Shown one piece after another: positions 28,312-37,450 of a stretch of DNA of 64,000 bases; position 1 is the first letter of the stretch; each line of letters starts with the position of its first letter. The position numbers were made by a program, and so were the translations under genes. The DNA is from Thermoleophilia bacterium (lineage in GTDB: Bacteria > Actinomycetota > Thermoleophilia > Gaiellales > Gaiellaceae): NCBI GenBank assembly GCA_041393535.1, contig JAWKJY010000010.1, positions 50,363-114,362 of the forward strand, read 5' to 3'. The notes below the pieces were generated by a model. It was not told the origin of the DNA and made no database searches. It saw only the letters and a list, made by a program, of their open reading frames with translations.

Positions 28312-28423
28312 CCGGACTGGAACCGGGGAGGCACAGGCTGGACTGCATCGAGCAGAGGCCCCCGGGAGCGCCGCCGACTGCGGGCTCCCATCCCCGGAAG
28401 GGACAGGGAAGGACCGACCGCCG

Positions 28424-29140
28424 ATGCTGAACGGACTCTACGCGGCTGCCGCCGGCCTGCAGGCACAGCAGGACCGGCTCGACGCGCTCGCCAACGACGT
28501 GGCCAACGTCAACACGACGGGCTACAAGCGGGCGCGCCTGTCGTTCCACGACCTCGTCTACCAGGGCACGGGCACCGTCCGCCGGGGCGCGGGCGCCGCG
28601 ATCGACCCCGAGGGGCGCTCGTGGCGGCAGGGCGGCCTCCAGGAGACGGGCAATCCCCTCTCGGTCGCGCTCGACGGCCCGGGCTTCTTCCAGGTCCGCC
28701 GCGCCGACGGGACGACCGCGCTGACGCGCGACGGGAGCTTCACGATCGACGCGACCGGCGTGATCGTCACCGGCGGCGGCGAGCGTCTCGAGCCCTCGAT
28801 CACGCTTCCCGCCGGCACCCAGCCGAATGACGTCTCGATCGGGCCCGACGGCGCCGTCACGGTCGCCGGCACGGCCGTCGGGACGATCGAGGTGGTCGAC
28901 GTGCCCGCCCGCGCGGGGCTCGAGGCCGTCGGCGACACGCTCTTCCTCCCCACGACCGCCAGCGGCCAGCCGGTCGCGGCCGCGACGACGATGCGCCAGG
29001 GCTACCTCGAGGGCGCCAACGTCGACATCGGCGAGGCGATGGTGGGCGTGCTCGAGGCGCAGCGCGCGACCGAGATGGTCTCCCGCGCGCTCCGCACGCA
29101 GGACACGCTCCTGGACATCGCCAACGGGATCCGCCGCTGA
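28424..29140 (+). CDS. flgG: flagellar distal rod protein FlgG
   Basis: MLNGLYAAAAGLQAQQDRLDALANDVANVNTTGYK...GYLEGANVDIGEAMVGVLEAQRATEM. Confidence 0.9.
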   Translation: MLNGLYAAAAGLQAQQDRLDALANDVANVNTTGYKRARLSFHDLVYQGTGTVRRGAGAAIDPEGRSWRQGGLQETGNPLSVALDGPGFFQVRRADGTTALTRDGSFTIDATGVIVTGGGERLEPSITLPAGTQPNDVSIGPDGAVTVAGTAVGTIEVVDVPARAGLEAVGDTLFLPTTASGQPVAAATTMRQGYLEGANVDIGEAMVGVLEAQRATEMVSRALRTQDTLLDIANGIRR

Positions 29141-29436
29141 TGCTGCCGCCGATCGACACAGCGCAGCTGCCCGCGGACGTCCGCGCCGCCGGCCCCGACG
29201 CCCGCAAGGCGTACCAGGCCGCGCTCGGGTTCGAGCAGCAGCTCGTCACGAAGCTCGCCGAGCAGCTCGCCGCCACGGCGGCGCCGGAGGAGGACGAGGA
29301 CGCGGATGGCGCCTCGGCGACCACGCAGCAGTTCCGGAGCATGCTCCCGGGCGCGCTCGCCGACGGGATCGCCGCGAACGGCGGGCTCGGCCTCGCCCGC
29401 GAGCTGTACCGCTCGCTGCCGGAGGCCCGGTCGTGA
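29140..29436 (+). CDS. rod-binding protein (FlgJ N-terminal domain only, no hydrolase domain)
   Basis: 98 aa. AALGFEQQLVTKLAEQL...FRSMLPGALADGIAANGGLGLARELYRSL fits the rod-binding domain. TGATG overlap with flgG. Confidence 0.7.
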   Translation: MLPPIDTAQLPADVRAAGPDARKAYQAALGFEQQLVTKLAEQLAATAAPEEDEDADGASATTQQFRSMLPGALADGIAANGGLGLARELYRSLPEARS

Positions 29437-29912
29437 CCGTCCTGCTCGAGCACCTCGACCGGCAGATCCTCTCGTCGCAGCGGCTGCTCCAGAGCGTGCT
29501 CGCCCAGAGCGACGCGATCCGCCGCCAGGACGTCGAGGCCCTGCTCGCCCGCATCGGCGACATCCAGACCGAGATGGCGAACCGCGCCCAGCTCGAGCGC
29601 GAGCGCGACCTCCTGCTGACCGACGCCGCCCGCCGGATGGGCGTGGCGCCCGAGACGCTCGACCTCGAGCAGATCCTCGCCACCGTGCCGCCGTCCGAGG
29701 CCGAGCGGGCCCGCGCCAAGAGTGCCGAGCTCCGCGGCCTGATCACCGAGATCGGGCGCGTGCACGGGCAGAACCGCATCCTGATCCGGCAGGAGCTCCA
29801 GTTCCTCGACCACCTCCTCCGGGTGATGTCCGGCTCGCCGCAGGGCGCCTACTCGCGCCTCGGCTTCGATCCGGCGCCGCCCGTGGTCACGACCGTCGAC
29901 GCGAGGGCCTGA
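29433..29912 (+). CDS. flgN: FlgN-like flagellar export chaperone
   Basis: GTG 29433 (GTGA overlap). 159 aa, helical, sits immediately upstream of flgK as in flgN-flgK-flgL arrangements. Confidence 0.6.
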   Translation: MTVLLEHLDRQILSSQRLLQSVLAQSDAIRRQDVEALLARIGDIQTEMANRAQLERERDLLLTDAARRMGVAPETLDLEQILATVPPSEAERARAKSAELRGLITEIGRVHGQNRILIRQELQFLDHLLRVMSGSPQGAYSRLGFDPAPPVVTTVDARA

Positions 29913-29914
29913 CG

Positions 29915-31267
29915 ATGCCGATCTCGACCTTCATGGGGCTCCAGACGACGCTTCGCGGCATCCTCGCCCAGCAGCGCGCCCTGGACGTCACCTCGCACAA
30001 CATCTCGAACGCGAACACCGTCGGCTACACGCGCCAGGAAGCGCAGATGGCGGCGACGGAGTCGTTCACGTACCCGTCGGTCTCGCGCCCGCCGCAGGCC
30101 GGCCAGCTCGGCACGGGCGTCGACATCACCGGCTACCGCCGGATCCGCGACCAGTTCGCGGACATCCAGTTCCGGGCCCAGACGATGCTCAAGGGCAACT
30201 GGGAGTCCGTGTCGAAGGGCCTCGAGCAGGTCGAGCTCGCGCTCAACGAGCCGTCCGACAACGGCATCAACGCCCTGCTCGGCCGCTACTGGAACGCCTG
30301 GCAGGACGTCGCGAACGCGCCGGAGAACGTCGCCACGCGGCAGGCCCTCGCCCAGGCGGCGTCGAGCCTCGCGCAGGGCTTCCAGAGCGCGCGCAGCCAG
30401 CTCGACACGATCGTCGCGCAGACGGGGCAGAACGTGACGCTCACGCTCGACGACGTGAACGCGCTCGGCGCGCAGATCGCGACCCTGAACGACCAGATCG
30501 CCCGGGCCCGCATCGTCGGCGACCAGCCGAACGACCTGCTCGACAAGCGCGACCAGCTGATCGACCAGCTCGCGACCTTCGGCAACGTGACGCTCACCGT
30601 CGGCGCGAACGACGTGGTCGACGTGGCGGTCGGGGGCGCGGCGCTCGTGACGGGAAACGTCGCGGCCACGATCGCCGAGCCCGACCTGACCTCCCTCACC
30701 TCCGGGAAGCTCGCCGGGCTGATCCAGCTTCGGGACACCACGCTGCCGGGCTACGTCACGCAGCTCGACACGATCGCGTCGACGCTGATCACGGCCACGA
30801 ACGCGCAGCACGCGCTCGGCTTCGACCTGACCGGCGCCGCCGGCGGGGCCTTCTTCACCGGCGCCGACTCGTCGACGATCGCCGTCTCGGCGGCGATCCT
30901 CGCCTCCCCCGCCCTGATCGCGGCCTCGTCGAACGGGCAGCCCGGCAACGCGGCCAACGCGCTCGCGCTCGCCGGCATCCGCCAGACGCCGCTGATCGCC
31001 GGCGCGACGATCGACACCGCCTACTCGCAGCTCGTGACGAAGCTCGGCTCGGACGCCCAGGACGCGCGCCGCCAGGTGGAGAACACGACGATCCTCGCCG
31101 ACGCGATCGAGGGCCGCCGCCAGTCGGTCTCCGGCGTCTCGCTCGACGAGGAGATGGTGAACATCGTGAAGTTCCAGCGCGCCTACCAGGCCTCCTCGCG
31201 GGCCATGAACGCGATGGACGAGATGATCGAGCTCCTGATCACGCGCACCGGGAGGGTCGGCCTGTGA
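29915..31267 (+). CDS. flgK: flagellar hook-associated protein 1
   Basis: MPISTFMGLQTTLRGILAQQRALDVTSHNISNANTVGYTRQ...SLDEEMVNIVKFQRAYQASSR. Confidence 0.9.
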   Translation: MPISTFMGLQTTLRGILAQQRALDVTSHNISNANTVGYTRQEAQMAATESFTYPSVSRPPQAGQLGTGVDITGYRRIRDQFADIQFRAQTMLKGNWESVSKGLEQVELALNEPSDNGINALLGRYWNAWQDVANAPENVATRQALAQAASSLAQGFQSARSQLDTIVAQTGQNVTLTLDDVNALGAQIATLNDQIARARIVGDQPNDLLDKRDQLIDQLATFGNVTLTVGANDVVDVAVGGAALVTGNVAATIAEPDLTSLTSGKLAGLIQLRDTTLPGYVTQLDTIASTLITATNAQHALGFDLTGAAGGAFFTGADSSTIAVSAAILASPALIAASSNGQPGNAANALALAGIRQTPLIAGATIDTAYSQLVTKLGSDAQDARRQVENTTILADAIEGRRQSVSGVSLDEEMVNIVKFQRAYQASSRAMNAMDEMIELLITRTGRVGL

Positions 31268-32157
31268 GCACCCGCATCACCAACTCGATGATGACCCGGA
31301 CGCTGCTCTACGACCTGCAGTCGGTCACGGAGCGGCTCGCCCGCACGCAGGAGAAGCTGTCCTCGGGCAAGGAGCTGACGCGTCCCTCGGACGACCCGTT
31401 CAAGACGAGCCGCGCGCTCCAGTTCCGCAGCGAGCTCTCGATCAATCGCCAGTACCAGCGCAACGCGAAGGAGGCCTCCTCCTGGTCGGACGCGACCGAC
31501 ACGGCGCTCGCGCAGATCACCGAGTTCGGCCGCCGCGCGCGCGACCTGATCGTCCAGGGCGCGAGCGACTCGGTCGGCCAGAACGCCCGCGACTCGATCG
31601 CGCAGGAGCTGACGCAGATCGTCGACTCGATCAAGACGCAGGCGAACACGCAGTACGCGGGCCGCTACGTCTTCTCCGGCTCGGCGACGCTCACGCGCCC
31701 GTACGCGCTCGGCCCGTCCGACGCGTACGCCGGCAACGCCGAGGTCGTCAAGGTCGAGGTCGGGCCCGGCGTCCAGGTCGACCTGAACACGGTCGGGCAG
31801 AGCGTCATCGGCGACGGCGCCGGCGGGCTCCTGCGGACGATCCGAGACGCGATCGCCGACCTGCAGGCGGGCAACGGCGCCGACCTGCAGACCGTCGACC
31901 TGTCGGCGATGGACACGGCGCTCGACACGATCACGAACGCGCGCGCCATCGTCGGCGCCCGCCAGAACCGGCTCGAGAGCGCGGTCAACCGCCTCACCGA
32001 GATCGAGGAGTCGACGTCGAGGCTGCTCTCGGAGACCGAGGACGCCGACATGGCCGAGACCCTCGTCCACTTCTCGATGCAGCAGGCCGTCTACCAGTCG
32101 GCGCTCAAGTCGGGCGCCCAGATCATCCAGCCCTCGCTGATCGACTTCCTCAACTAG
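31264..32157 (+). CDS. flgL: flagellar hook-associated protein 3
   Basis: GTG 31264 (GTGA overlap). STRITNSMM...LSSGKELTRPSDDP...DADMAETLVHFSMQQAVYQSAL. Confidence 0.85.
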   Translation: MSTRITNSMMTRTLLYDLQSVTERLARTQEKLSSGKELTRPSDDPFKTSRALQFRSELSINRQYQRNAKEASSWSDATDTALAQITEFGRRARDLIVQGASDSVGQNARDSIAQELTQIVDSIKTQANTQYAGRYVFSGSATLTRPYALGPSDAYAGNAEVVKVEVGPGVQVDLNTVGQSVIGDGAGGLLRTIRDAIADLQAGNGADLQTVDLSAMDTALDTITNARAIVGARQNRLESAVNRLTEIEESTSRLLSETEDADMAETLVHFSMQQAVYQSALKSGAQIIQPSLIDFLN

Positions 32158-32179
32158 CCCGTTCAAGGAGGAACAGCAC

Positions 32180-32662
32180 ATGCAGATGGAGAGCACGCGC
32201 TTCGGGACGATCGACGTCGAGGACGACGCCGTGCTGTCGTTCCCCGACGGGCTGATCGGCCTGCCCGGGTCGCGGTACGCGCTGCTCGCGCACACGGAGG
32301 CCTCGCCGTTCTGGTGGCTCCACTCGGTCGACCACGCCGACATCGCCGTCCCCGTCACCAAGCCGTGGCTGTTCTTCCGCGACTACGAGGTGAAGGTGTC
32401 GGACGACGACGCGCGGAAGCTCGACCTGGACGAGCCGGGCGCCGCCGAGATCCTGTGCGTCGTCCGCGCGGCCGAGGAGCTCGAGGATTTCACGGTCAAC
32501 CTCGTCGCCCCGATCGTGCTCAACGCGGCGGCGCGCGTCGGCCGCCAGGTGATCAACGAGATCGCGGGCTACGACGTCCGCCAGCCGCTCTTCGCCGAGG
32601 TCGACCTGACCGGCGTCGAGGCCCACGAGCCGGCCGTGCCCGTCGCGGCGCGCGCGGTCTAG
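32180..32662 (+). CDS. fliW: flagellar assembly factor FliW
   Basis: FGTIDVEDDAVLSFPDGLIGLPGSRYALL...FTVNLVAPIVLN. Confidence 0.9.
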   Translation: MQMESTRFGTIDVEDDAVLSFPDGLIGLPGSRYALLAHTEASPFWWLHSVDHADIAVPVTKPWLFFRDYEVKVSDDDARKLDLDEPGAAEILCVVRAAEELEDFTVNLVAPIVLNAAARVGRQVINEIAGYDVRQPLFAEVDLTGVEAHEPAVPVAARAV

Positions 32663-32664
32663 GC

Positions 32665-32916
32665 ATGGGGATGCTGGTCATCACCCGCAAGGCGGGCGAG
32701 CGGATCTGCCTCGGCGACGACGTGACGATCACCGTCCTCGACGTCGTCGGCTCCACCGTCCGCCTCGGCATCGAGGCACCGGCCGAGATCCCCGTCTACC
32801 GGGCCGAGATCTGGGCCGCCGTCAAGGAAGAGAACCGGGCCGCGGCCCAGGCGAGCATCCGGGACCTCCCCGGCGCCAAGGCGCACGGCCGGCCGAAGGC
32901 CAGGGTCGCCCCCTAG
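32665..32916 (+). CDS. csrA: carbon storage regulator CsrA
   Basis: M(GM)LVITRKAGERICLGDDVTITVLDVVGSTVRLGIEAPAEIPVYRAEIW. The start could be 32665 or 32671. Confidence 0.9.
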   Translation: MGMLVITRKAGERICLGDDVTITVLDVVGSTVRLGIEAPAEIPVYRAEIWAAVKEENRAAAQASIRDLPGAKAHGRPKARVAP

Positions 32917-32955
32917 GCACGGACGCAGAGAGAACCATCTCCTAAGGAAGGGACA

Positions 32956-33777
32956 ATGTCGCTCAGGATCCAGAACAACATCGAGGCGTTCAACGCCCAC
33001 CGGCAGCTCGAGGGCACGAGCATGAAGATGTCGAAGTCCATGGAGCGCCTGGCGTCCGGCTTCCGGATCAACCGGGCAGCTGACGACGCGGCCGGACTCG
33101 CCATCTCTGAGAAGCTGCGCGCTCAGATCGGGGGCCTCGCGCAGGCCCAGCGGAACTCCCTCGACGCGGTCTCGCTCGTGCAGACGGCGGAGGGCGCGCT
33201 GCAGGAAGTGCACGCGATGCTCGGGCGCATCCGCGACCTGGCCGTCCAGTACAACAACGGCTCGCTGTCGGCGACCGACAAGGCGGCGATCACGGCCGAG
33301 GTCGCGCAGCTCTGCGCGCAGATCTCCTCGATCGGCGCGGACACGAAGTTCAACGGCATCGCGCTCCTCACCGGCGCCGCCGTGATCACCTTCCAGGTCG
33401 GCCACGAGGACGGCCAGACGCTCGCGACGAACGCGATCTCGCTCTTCGGCTCGGGCGCGACCTTCAAGGTCGACTCGGCGATCTTCACCTGGTCGGGCTC
33501 GACGGTCTCGATCTCGCAGGTCGACACGGCGATCCAGAACGTGTCCCAGGTGCGGGCCGAGTTCGGCGCGATCCAGAACCGGCTCCAGTACACGCTCAAC
33601 TCGCTCTCGACCTACCAGGAGAACCTGATGGCCTCCGAGAGCCGGATCCGCGACGTCGACATGGCGTCGGAGATGGTGCAGTTCACGAAGCTCCAGATCC
33701 TCTCGCAGGCGGGCACGTCGATGCTCTCGCAGGCGAACTCGGCGCCGCAGTCGGTGCTGAGCCTGCTGCAGCGGTAG
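32956..33777 (+). CDS. fliC: flagellin (short, D0/D1-only type), copy 1
   Basis: MSLRIQNNIEAFNAHRQL...LASGFRINRAADDAAGLAISEKLR...MASEMVQFTKLQILSQAGTSMLSQANSAPQSVLSLLQR. Confidence 0.95.
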   Translation: MSLRIQNNIEAFNAHRQLEGTSMKMSKSMERLASGFRINRAADDAAGLAISEKLRAQIGGLAQAQRNSLDAVSLVQTAEGALQEVHAMLGRIRDLAVQYNNGSLSATDKAAITAEVAQLCAQISSIGADTKFNGIALLTGAAVITFQVGHEDGQTLATNAISLFGSGATFKVDSAIFTWSGSTVSISQVDTAIQNVSQVRAEFGAIQNRLQYTLNSLSTYQENLMASESRIRDVDMASEMVQFTKLQILSQAGTSMLSQANSAPQSVLSLLQR

Positions 33778-33843
33778 GGAGCCTTGCTCCGGGGCCCTGG
33801 ACCAGCCCCGACGTCACGGGACCCCATCCCCGTGGACTGGTGG

Positions 33844-33877
33844 ACGGGCCGGCGCGAGCCGGCCCGTTCGCGTTCCC
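33844..33877 (+). terminator. stem-loop downstream of flagellin copy 1
   Basis: ACGGGCCGGC-GCGA-GCCGGCCCGT followed by TCGCGTTCCC. The same GCCGGCCCGTTCGCGTTCCCGGG string follows flagellin copy 2. Confidence 0.55.
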
Positions 33878-33889
33878 GGGAGCGGCCCG

Positions 33890-34600
33890 CTAGGGGACGA
33901 CGGTCACGCGCAGCGCGCCGAGCGGGCCGAGGTCGACCTCCCAGGCGCCCGGCTCGAGCACGAGCGGGTCGCAGAGCGTCCCCGTGGCCACGAGCGCGCG
34001 GCCGCCGCACGCCTCGAGCCAGCCGTCGGGCAGCCAGCGCAGCGACGCCTCGGCGGCCTCGAGGTCGCCCTCCCCCGTCCACAGCGTCTCGCCGTCGCGG
34101 CGGACCGCCGCCGGGACGCGACCGCGCGCCGCCACCGGCTCGCCGAAGACCGCGTGGGCGTGCATGCCGAAGTCGGCCACGGCCTCGGCGAGCGTCACCG
34201 TCCAGGACGGGCGCAGGCGCGCGTCGACGAGCTCGATGCACGCGCACGGCGTCGCGACCCCGTCCTCGACGAGGAAGCCGAGCTCCGGCTCGAGGCGCGG
34301 CGCGACCAGATGGCGCAGGGACAGCTCGCCGCCGTCCGCGAGCGCCGTGGTGTCGAAGAGCGGCGCCGGGAACGGCCGATCGGTGCCGAACCGGGCCTGG
34401 ACGGCCTCGCTCGTCGCACCGAGCTTCCAGCCGACCTGGCGCCCGCCGGCCGCGCGCGTCGCGTCGGCCAGCGCCGCGGCGACGCGCTCCGCGTCCGCCT
34501 GGCCGAGCGCGCCAGCCGCGACGGTCCCCTCCGGCACGGGGCGCGCGGACGCGCGAGCCTGCCAGAGGGCGAGGGCGAGCGGGTCGTCGAGCGCAGCCAC
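33890..34600 (-). CDS. 2-keto-4-pentenoate hydratase-like (FAH-family) protein
   Basis: 236 aa. GWKLGATS...PELGF...family pattern. Weak, family level only. Confidence 0.55.
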   Translation of the reverse strand: MAALDDPLALALWQARASARPVPEGTVAAGALGQADAERVAAALADATRAAGGRQVGWKLGATSEAVQARFGTDRPFPAPLFDTTALADGGELSLRHLVAPRLEPELGFLVEDGVATPCACIELVDARLRPSWTVTLAEAVADFGMHAHAVFGEPVAARGRVPAAVRRDGETLWTGEGDLEAAEASLRWLPDGWLEACGGRALVATGTLCDPLVLEPGAWEVDLGPLGALRVTVVP

Positions 34601-34646
34601 GCCCGAACGCTAGACGATCGCGCCCGCCGGAGCGGAGGCCGCGACC

Positions 34647-35582
34647 CTAGCCGCGCTCGACGCGGTCGCGCCCGTTCTGCTTGGCGCGGTAGAGCGCGCC
34701 GTCGGCGACCGCGAGGAGGGCGTTCGGCCCGTCCATCGTCTCGCCGTCCCAGGTCGCGATGCCGAGGCTCGCGGTGACCGTCAGGTCGAGCCAGCCCTGG
34801 CTCCCGAGCGCGTCCTCGACCCGGATCGGCGTCGCGCTCAGGGTCGTGCGGATCCGCTCGGCGATCGCCGCCGCCCCGTCGATGTCCGTCTCGGGAAGCA
34901 GCACGAGGAACTCCTCGCCGCCGTAGCGGACGACCACGTCCGACACGCGGCCGACCGTGCGCAGGCGCTGGGCGGCCTCGCGGAGCACCGCATCGCCGGC
35001 GGCGTGGCCGTAGGTGTCGTTGATCTTCTTGAAGTGGTCGAGGTCGACCATGATGCAGGCGAGCGGCCGGTTGTGGCGGCGCGCCAGCGACACGGCCTCG
35101 GCCGCGCGCGAGTAGAGCTGGCTGCGGTTCAGCAGGCCCGTCAGCGCGTCCGTCGAGGCCTCCGCGGCGAGCATGTCGCGGGCAGCCTTCGTGCGCAACG
35201 CCGCGCGCACCCGCGCCGTCAGCTCCTGCGCGTCGAACGGCTTGACGACGTAGTCGACCGCGCCCGCGTCGAGGCCCTGGACGCGCGCCGAGCTGTGCCC
35301 GTGCGCGGTCAGGAAGATCACCGGCGGCGCGTCCGGGACGCTCGTGACGAGCTGCTCGCACACCTCGTACCCGTTCAGGACCGGCATCGAGACGTCGAGC
35401 AGGACGAGGTCGGGCTCGGTCTCGCGCGCCATCCTCAGCGCCTCCCCGCCGTGCGGCGCGGTGACGACCTCGTAGCCCGCCTTGCGGAGCACGAAGGCCA
35501 GGAGGCCGAGGATGTCCGGATCGTCGTCGGCGACGAGGATGCGGGTCTTCGCGCCGGGCTCGACAGCGTGTGCGGTCGCCAT
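34647..35582 (-). CDS. response regulator with GGDEF diguanylate cyclase domain (PleD/WspR-like)
   Basis: REC ILVADDDPDI...LLDVSMP...VDYVVKPF. GGDEF domain DALTGLLNR...DLDHFKKINDTYGHAAGD...RYGGEEFLVLL. Confidence 0.9.
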   Translation of the reverse strand: MATAHAVEPGAKTRILVADDDPDILGLLAFVLRKAGYEVVTAPHGGEALRMARETEPDLVLLDVSMPVLNGYEVCEQLVTSVPDAPPVIFLTAHGHSSARVQGLDAGAVDYVVKPFDAQELTARVRAALRTKAARDMLAAEASTDALTGLLNRSQLYSRAAEAVSLARRHNRPLACIMVDLDHFKKINDTYGHAAGDAVLREAAQRLRTVGRVSDVVVRYGGEEFLVLLPETDIDGAAAIAERIRTTLSATPIRVEDALGSQGWLDLTVTASLGIATWDGETMDGPNALLAVADGALYRAKQNGRDRVERG

Positions 35583-35592
35583 TGCCCTCCTA

Positions 35593-35621
35593 TGATCGGC
35601 CGGAGGCGTCGCTCGGTTGAG
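35593..35621 (-). promoter_or_regulatory. sigma-28-type promoter candidate upstream of the REC-GGDEF gene
   Basis: CTCAAC-N15-GCCGATCA on the minus strand. The -10 element ends 10 nt before the ATG. Confidence 0.45.
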
Positions 35622-35677
35622 GGGCAGATGGTGCGAACGGACGCTGGATTCCGGCCCGCGCCTGCCGATCAGTCGGG

Positions 35678-36481
35678 GTGATGTCCGTCTCCGACGTCAT
35701 GGGCCGCGTGTCCGCGCTCAACGCGCTCGTGCTGCAGGCGTGGAGCCCCATGGCCGCGGACGGGACGACGAGCGACCCGTCCGGCGACGCCGCTGCCTTC
35801 CCCTCGACGCTCTCGTCGCTGCTGGGCGACGGCTCCGAGACGGGTGGCCTGGCGACGCTCCAGACCATCCTGGGCGCGCAGCCGGGCGGCCTCGCGGGCC
35901 TCTCCACGCTGCTCCAGCCGGGCGCGTCGACGAGCGGCCTCGCCGGCGTCCTCGACGCGATCCGCGTCGCGGCGCCGAACAGCGTGCTCGCGGCCCTGCT
36001 CGCCCCCGTCGGCGGCACCACCGCGGTCCCGACCACCGCCCCGGCCGGGACGCCCGGCCAGCGGATGCTGGCCATCGCCCAGGCGGAGGTCGGCCAGGCC
36101 GAGCAGCCGCCCGGGTCGAACGACAGCCCGCGGATCGAGGAGTACCGCACGGCCACCGTCGGCTCGTACCGCGGCGCGCCCTGGTGCGCGTACTTCGTCT
36201 CGTGGGCGGCCCGCCAGGCCGGCCTGCCGATCGGCGAGGGCGGCAGCGGCGAGGGCGCGGTCGAGGGGATCGAGAAGTGGGCCGCGCAGACCGGCCGCCT
36301 CCTCCCCGCCGGCACGACGCCCCAGCCCGGCGACATCATCCTCTTCGGCGGCCGCCACGTCGGCATCGTCGAGTCCGTGAACCCCGACGGCTCGCTCACG
36401 ACCGTCGAGGGCAACCACGCGAGCGCGGTCTCCCGCGTCCAGCGGTCGCCGTCCGAGGCGACCGGCTACGTCAGGCTCTAG
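35678..36481 (+). CDS. CHAP-domain peptidoglycan hydrolase without a recognisable signal peptide
   Basis: C-terminal CHAP (GAPWCAYFVSWAARQAG...GDIILFGGRHVGIVESV...VEGNH). The N-terminal 130 aa are Ala/Gly/Ser/Thr/Leu-rich with no hydrophobic leader. Confidence 0.8.
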   Translation: MMSVSDVMGRVSALNALVLQAWSPMAADGTTSDPSGDAAAFPSTLSSLLGDGSETGGLATLQTILGAQPGGLAGLSTLLQPGASTSGLAGVLDAIRVAAPNSVLAALLAPVGGTTAVPTTAPAGTPGQRMLAIAQAEVGQAEQPPGSNDSPRIEEYRTATVGSYRGAPWCAYFVSWAARQAGLPIGEGGSGEGAVEGIEKWAAQTGRLLPAGTTPQPGDIILFGGRHVGIVESVNPDGSLTTVEGNHASAVSRVQRSPSEATGYVRL

Positions 36482-36512
36482 CGCCGCTTCGCGGCGCTCC
36501 GAGCCTTCTCGC

Positions 36513-36640
36513 GGGGGAGAAGCTCGCGCTTCTCCCCCACGGGCCCCCTCATCGCGCCAGGCCACTGCCCCTCGGGCCTCCTCCTGGCGTCGCGCGTCGG
36601 CGGTAGCTCCGAGTTCGTGGTCGTCGCAGGGGAGGGAACC
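36513..36640 (+). repeat. intergenic repeat family, copy a
   Basis: GGGGGAGAAGC-TCGC-GCTTCTCCCCC hairpin, then ACGGGCCCCCTCATCGCGCCAGGCCAC..CTCGGGC..CCTGGCG. Homologous to 56023.. and 61117.. (reverse). Confidence 0.6.
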
Positions 36641-36688
36641 TCCCCTGCTCGGCGCGGGCGGCTCGGCTGGAAGCCGGATACCGATCCC

Positions 36689-37423
36689 TCACGGCCCCGG
36701 CTCCCCCGGCGGCGTCCGCAGGCAGGGCACGAAGCGCTCCCCCTCCTCGGCGAGGCACGGGCCGGGACGGACGTAGAGGAGGCCCTCGCTTCCCGACCAG
36801 ACTGCGCTCGACGGGGCGATCCCGGCGAGCACCTGGACGTCGACGGTCGTGTCCACGTCGGAGCAGCACGGCCGTCGGAGCACGGGGAGGACGGCGCCCG
36901 GCTCCAGCGCGTCGCGCTCGCCGTCCGAGAGCTCGACCGGGAAGAGCTGACGCTCGCCGACGAGCAGCGGCTGGCGCAGGCACCGCCAGTACGCCGCGGC
37001 CTCCTGCTCCGCTCCTATGAGGCAGAGGCGGGGTGCGACGTAGGCTCGATCGAGATGCGGCGCGAGGTCGTCGGTGACGAACACCGCTACCGGATCAAGA
37101 CCCGCGATCGGGACGATGTCGACCGCGGTGGCGACATCCGGGTTGCAGGTCCAATACCGTCCCGTCCCGATCGACTCGCCGCGGAGGACCTCGAAGTCGA
37201 GGCCTCCCGCCTGCCCGTACTCGAGGCCGCCGAACGCGACCACGCCCGGGCAGATGCCCGGCTCGACGCCCTCGCCGCCGACATCCGGCGACGGGAAGCG
37301 GCCGACGACCGGCTCGGCCGGCCGCTCCCCGCCGGCGCACCCTGCGAGGGCGGCGACCGCGGCGAGCGCCGCCACGATGGCACGCCACGCCGTCGGCCGT
37401 GTCCGCCGTGCGGCTCCTGGCAT
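36689..37423 (-). CDS. lipoprotein of unknown function
   Basis: Signal peptide with lipobox AALAGC. 244 aa, several Cys. No family recognised. Confidence 0.6.
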   Translation of the reverse strand: MPGAARRTRPTAWRAIVAALAAVAALAGCAGGERPAEPVVGRFPSPDVGGEGVEPGICPGVVAFGGLEYGQAGGLDFEVLRGESIGTGRYWTCNPDVATAVDIVPIAGLDPVAVFVTDDLAPHLDRAYVAPRLCLIGAEQEAAAYWRCLRQPLLVGERQLFPVELSDGERDALEPGAVLPVLRRPCCSDVDTTVDVQVLAGIAPSSAVWSGSEGLLYVRPGPCLAEEGERFVPCLRTPPGEPGP

Positions 37424-37450
37424 GCGCGTCAGCGTACCGCCCCCGGGAAC

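Noticed and set aside
29140-29436. Considered as the missing anti-sigma-28 factor FlgM because of its size and its position before flgN.
   Set aside because: The sequence (FEQQLVTKLAEQL...GLGLARELYRSL) fits the FlgJ-type rod-binding domain, not the FlgM C-terminal sigma-28-binding helices.
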